Source: Lama guanicoe (lineage: Eukaryota). From it: DNA of 64,000 bases. The stretch spans positions 4,465,802-4,529,801 of the forward strand of contig MU054400.1 of assembly GCA_013239625.1 (NCBI GenBank). The letters are read 5' to 3'. Of this stretch, positions 59,596 to 64,000 are shown piece after piece (within the stretch, counting starts at the first letter, position 1; every line of letters starts with the position of its first letter). Position numbers and translations under genes: made by a program. The notes below the pieces were generated by a model that saw nothing but the letters and a program-made list of their open reading frames with translations, made no database searches and was not told where the DNA came from.

Positions 59596-62500
59596 CTGGA
59601 GCATCACTGAAATTGCTTTTATCTCTACAATGATTTTCCCCTAAGCTTGCTTTGCACCTACATTATTTACCCTCTGGTTTCCCTGAAAATATACCCCTAG
59701 ACTCTTATATTCCAGGAATAAAATTTCTGGCTCGCTGGTGGTGAAATCTTTTCTTGTCCCGAAGGACTTATTCTTTTCAGCAACTTCTCCTATCACTTCA
59801 AGAACTAGAAAGGTGGTAGATGGATACGTTCAACTCATTCTCTTGACCCATCTTCTCTCAAGTCATATGAATGTTAGTAATAAACTCAGGACAAACCAAA
59901 TGATTTTGCACTTTAGTTAAAGAGGAGAGGACCAATACTAAGGAGGCAGAGCGGAACCCGGTAATGAGAGCTAGCTGGGGGATTTGCTTCCTGTCCCTGT
60001 GGCCCATTTGGTAACAGAATTAAACAGAAAGCAGTTTAAGGAAAGAACGGGCAGAGGTCCAGAGTCTTTCCCCACGAGCCAACATATCATAATTCGCCCC
60101 CAAGGAAAAGAGAGAAGTAAGTAGGCCTCTGAAGAAACATAGGACAGAAAAACCTATTACTAAGAACATTTCTCTGCTGAATGATCAGTGCCTCAAATAA
60201 ACATGAAATTTAAAAGGCCTTATTATTTTACTTAGTTTCACTACCTCAAAATGTATCTGCTAAATAGATCGAATGCATCCTTTATTGCAGGCCTAATGGA
60301 ATTTTGGCACCAAAAACCTGATCCATTTTTGGTCCTTACCTTATAAAACTTCATGTCTATCAGATCCCTTAATGGACAGAGAAGGTCATTAAAGTTCCAG
60401 GCATTTCTGCAGCCCAGGCCTGGAAAGTAGCAAAGCCCATATTTCAAACTTAGTGATGGCCAGTGTCATACAAGCTGACTCCGAGCATCTAATTGGCCTG
60501 AGAATCAATCTCCAATTCCACTGAAGGCCTTTTTGAACCTGCATTTGTAATTTATGGTTCAGGAAGGCAGGCCCCACACCCAATGGCCATTTTTAGCAGC
60601 AAGAAGGAAGAAAGATCAGCCATCTCCCAGCTGAAGGAGGGTCAGTCTCCCGAGCAGACTGGAGGGAGTCAGAGAGGCAGCTCCTGCAGCCTGAGGTTCA
60701 TGGAGTTGGGTCTTGGTCAGTTGGATCTTTACACAGAGAAGCGTGCCAGAACGTTCTTCTCCAGCACTATGACCCTTCGGGTAGCTGGGATCAGGTTGGT
60801 AAGATCACCATGACTACAGAAATGCTACACAAAAGTGGTAAAATTAAAAAGATCAGTGAGTTTGAGATGTGTTGATGGTTCCAGGTGCAGTTTTGTGCTT
60901 TGTTTCTTGGACAGAGGCTGGAAAAGAGGGCTGGGAACCACTATAAAATGGCTTAGTCAGCTCTAGAGTTAGCACCGCGTGCCCCTCGGTCCTCTCACTT
61001 GTTAGCCACATGGCCTCCAGCAAGACACCTGCCTCTCTGAGCTTCAGTAAAATGGAGAGACTGGCAGTATTGTTTGGTGAGATCAAATGGGAAGTATGTA
61101 CTAAACAGATCATGTGCCAAATAAATGAATACTCTTAGTTGACAAGCTGACCCTTTCCCACCACCTGCAACCAGGTGACCAAGGTCAGGAACCTGCAGTA
61201 TAGCCTTACACACTGTCGATCTCAGGAAACACTTATTAGTTTGCTTTAATCGCAGCCTCAACCCTGATTAAACTGTCATCATCACGCCAAGGAGCAAACA
61301 ACTCGGCAGCCCCCAGAAAGACTAGACTGATTCCAGAATTTCCCAAACAAATCCAGAGATGGGAGATTAGGGCATAGGTTGTCAGGAACAGGGCAGTAAA
61401 CCAAGAGGACACTCTCTGGGTGTAGAACAGTGTCTAATAATTAGTGTCCCGGGCATATGGGTAAGGGTTCATCATCCTGGGTGTTGGTCACTGCTCGAGG
61501 AAATTCCCCATAACCCCCTTTAATTCAGACTTCCCAGAACCTCCTAGAAGGCCTAGGAGTTCCTAAAATTATTCCAGGATTTAGGACTGAACTTTCTGAT
61601 CACCCTACTGGCCAGCCAGTCACCGAAAGGACCAAGCCTTTTGGTCATCCTACCAGTGTGCTGGACACGTTTATCTTGACGGTGCCCTTTTTGCTGAGAC
61701 TTAGGAATAAATGGAACAGCTTGAGGGGAGGCATTTTTTTCACATTATGATCAATAATTAGCAGACATGGTGCCATCACATTCGCCTATTTTGATTTAAT
61801 GTTTATAACCATCAGTGCAGAAAGCCAAGGATTATTATTACCGAGGTCATAGAAGAATCCAAGCGAGCTCACTTAACTTCTCTTTAACAAGTTGTGGGCA
61901 GCTGCGTTCAGCCTACGTGAAAACCAGAGCCTTGATTTCTTGCAGAGCCCTAACTGTGGAAGGTTAGACAGTTAGTGGAGAGGGTGAACGCTTGCATAAA
62001 CCTTTTGGTCCATCGTGCAAGTTTGGGATCCAAGTGAAAAGGACAAGGAAAGCCATCCCACAGATTTTCATCTGTCACTTTAATGGCCCAGACAGGGAGA
62101 CAGGAACTCAAGTCAGGTGGACACTGTCCTCATGGGAATTCAGAGGACTCTGCCTGCAGCCCAGCCCTGGGGGCTCAGCTCATAAGCATTAGGAGTCACA
62201 CCTGCTATTCAGAAATCAGGGCTCACTCTTATCCCCAAAAAAAGAGACCATGGGAGGGTTATGCTCCACCTTCTTCTTGAATTAGAAGTATAGCTCAGCA
62301 GTGATCTTCAGGACAAAGAGGGATCTTTGGCAAAGTTTACTCCAGCCTGCCTTCAAATAAGATAGGACAATAGGGAGTGGTGCACAGAGCTAAATTTGAG
62401 CCATTAAAGTACATTAAAATACACATAAATGTACTCTCTTTTATGAGAAGTGCTGACATCAGATAGTGGTTATGGCTTCTTAATGCCTTTACTTGTTAAA

Positions 62501-62842
62501 ACAAAAAGTTGGCAATTCTGTTATACTCCTCTATTTCTCCCCCTACTTCCCGTTTTTTTTTTCTTTTTCTTTTTTTAATTGTGTTGGTCTTTAACATCCA
62601 GAAATATGGAACATCTGGAAAAGGGAAAATAGTATGATGTCTGTGCTGTCGACCAGCTGTGGGATCTCAAGCAAACCACTGAGATTTTTTTGGTCTTTAG
62701 TTTCTTCACCAAGAAATTGGGGGAGAACAGAGCCAGTGCACCCACCAAAGGTGGGCTTGGGCATGGCTTGGGGGCACAGGCAAAGTCAACTCTTGAGGTC
62801 TCCTGTGGGTCACATACATAATAAATAGTAACTTTTTGAGAC

Positions 62843-62976
62843 TTTTTTTTTGTTTCATTTTGTTCTTTTTTTGGGGGGGTAGGTTTATTGATTTATTTTA
62901 ATGGAGGTACTGGGGATTGAACCCAGGACCTCCTGCATGCTAAGCATGTGCTCTACCACTGAGCTATACCCTCCCC
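62843..62976 (-). mobile_element. tRNA-Ala-derived SINE (Vic-1-like), near-intact head
   Basis: TSD actttttgagac / actttttaagac; head very close to tRNA-Ala(AGC). Confidence 0.95.
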
Positions 62977-63609
62977 ACTTTTTAAGACATTATATTAATG
63001 GAAATTAATTGGGTAAGTTTCAGATATCCATAACATCATATAAGTCTAGATCAGTAATTTTTTACAATGTACAAATGCTGGGACTTTTTTCCTGTTTCTC
63101 CTTTCTTTCTAACCAGTGGTTATGAAAGCCCACACCTCCAGCCCCCTTTGCTATCTCGGTCCACTTTTGTTTCTTAAACGCCCGAAGTGGAGACATTGGC
63201 ACCAGAAGGAGCTTGCATGCCGAGGCGCAGCCCCATCCACAACCTCCCTGGCTGCTCCACTCCCACCGGAGTCTCGGGAGCTCGTGATTAATCAGCCCCC
63301 CAGCAGGACCTGAGGCGCGGGCCAGCTCTGTCTGCCGCAGTCAGGAGCTCATAAATCTAACGAGGTAAAGGACAGAGGGCAGCCAACAAACCCCTCTCTG
63401 AAAGAGCTGGGAGTGTCGAGGCAAGATCTCTGGGAATATTATGGACACAATCTTGGCCTCGGGTTTTCATTCCAATCAGCCAGCTAGAGATTCATAATCC
63501 AAGACTGGCTTCTAAAAGTGGGCTCAGCACATACCTCAGACTTTCGGCTGCTCAGATCCCAGAGGAGGGGTTTGCTAGGAAGTTTAATATCCTTTGAGTC
63601 TCCAAGGCT

Positions 63610-63840
63610 ACAGAATCTGAAGACAGAGCCCAGGAAACAAGACATAATGGGTTCAAATATTAGCTCTGCTGCTTACCAGCCATGTGACCCTCAGCAATTT
63701 ATTTAATGCCTCTCGGGTTCAGTGTCCTCATCACGAAAATGAGCTACAACAATGGCTTGTCATCAGGCTTCAGTGAGACGATGCTAGGAAGACATTTTTA
63801 GCACAGTGTTGGGTATATAGAAGATACTCAGAAATGTTAC
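63610..63840 (+). mobile_element. MIR SINE
   Basis: gggttcaaatattagctctgctgcttaccagccatgtgacc..cagtgtcctcatc. Confidence 0.75.
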
Positions 63841-63915
63841 TGGTATCTAAGGGTTCGTCTATAACAGCAGCTCTCCAATTTTTTGGTCTCAGAATGCTTT
63901 TAAAAATTATGGCAT

Positions 63916-64000
63916 CTAAGTGAAGTAAGCCAGAAAGAGAAAGAAAAATACCATATGAGATCGCTCATGTGTGGAATCTAAACAAACAAAAACAAAAACA
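63916..64000 (+). mobile_element. Young L1 ORF2 end/3' UTR start, cut by window edge
   Basis: ctaagtgaagtaagccagaaagagaaagaaaaataccatatg...tggaatctaaa. Confidence 0.9.

Noticed and set aside
62900..62976. Genuine tRNA-Ala gene (also 54140 and 7114)
   Set aside because: A-rich tails, TSDs, extra 5' bases and the family-specific tail identify SINE copies.
1..64000. Window-wide enrichment of NF-kB sites (e.g. 5914, 12171, 61499)
   Set aside because: A handful of consensus matches is expected by chance in 64 kb; only local clusters are reported.
1..64000. CRISPR arrays, operons, numt, snRNA genes or CpG island
   Set aside because: This is repeat-rich mammalian DNA. I saw no regularly spaced repeats, no mitochondrial or snRNA similarity, and no extended CpG-dense tract.

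Overview
This is mammalian genomic DNA, most likely from a camelid (alpaca/camel). That call rests on 12 copies of a tRNA-Ala(AGC)-derived SINE resembling the camelid Vic-1 family, plus cetartiodactyl-type L1 3' UTRs. The window looks intergenic or intronic. I can support no protein-coding gene: the ORF track is noise or repeat-derived. It is dominated by interspersed repeats: young L1 3' ends with target-site duplications (TSDs), old L1M/L2/L3/MIR, MaLR/ERVL LTRs, two related ERV1 (MER41-like) solo LTRs and hAT MITEs. Repeat names and most boundaries are recognised by eye and approximate. Best unexplained structures: (1) a 65-bp, 63/65-identical inverted repeat in non-TE-looking DNA (7911-7975 / 9076-9140), possibly part of a wider decayed palindrome; (2) a 74-bp retrocopy of an unidentified RNA 3' end with AATAAA, A-tail and TSD (26852-26925); (3) atypical retrotransposition products (twin-primed L1, L1 ending at a premature poly(A), SINE-L1 composite, B-box-less SINEs); (4) several candidate regulatory motif clusters. 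I found no evidence of a novel multi-gene system.
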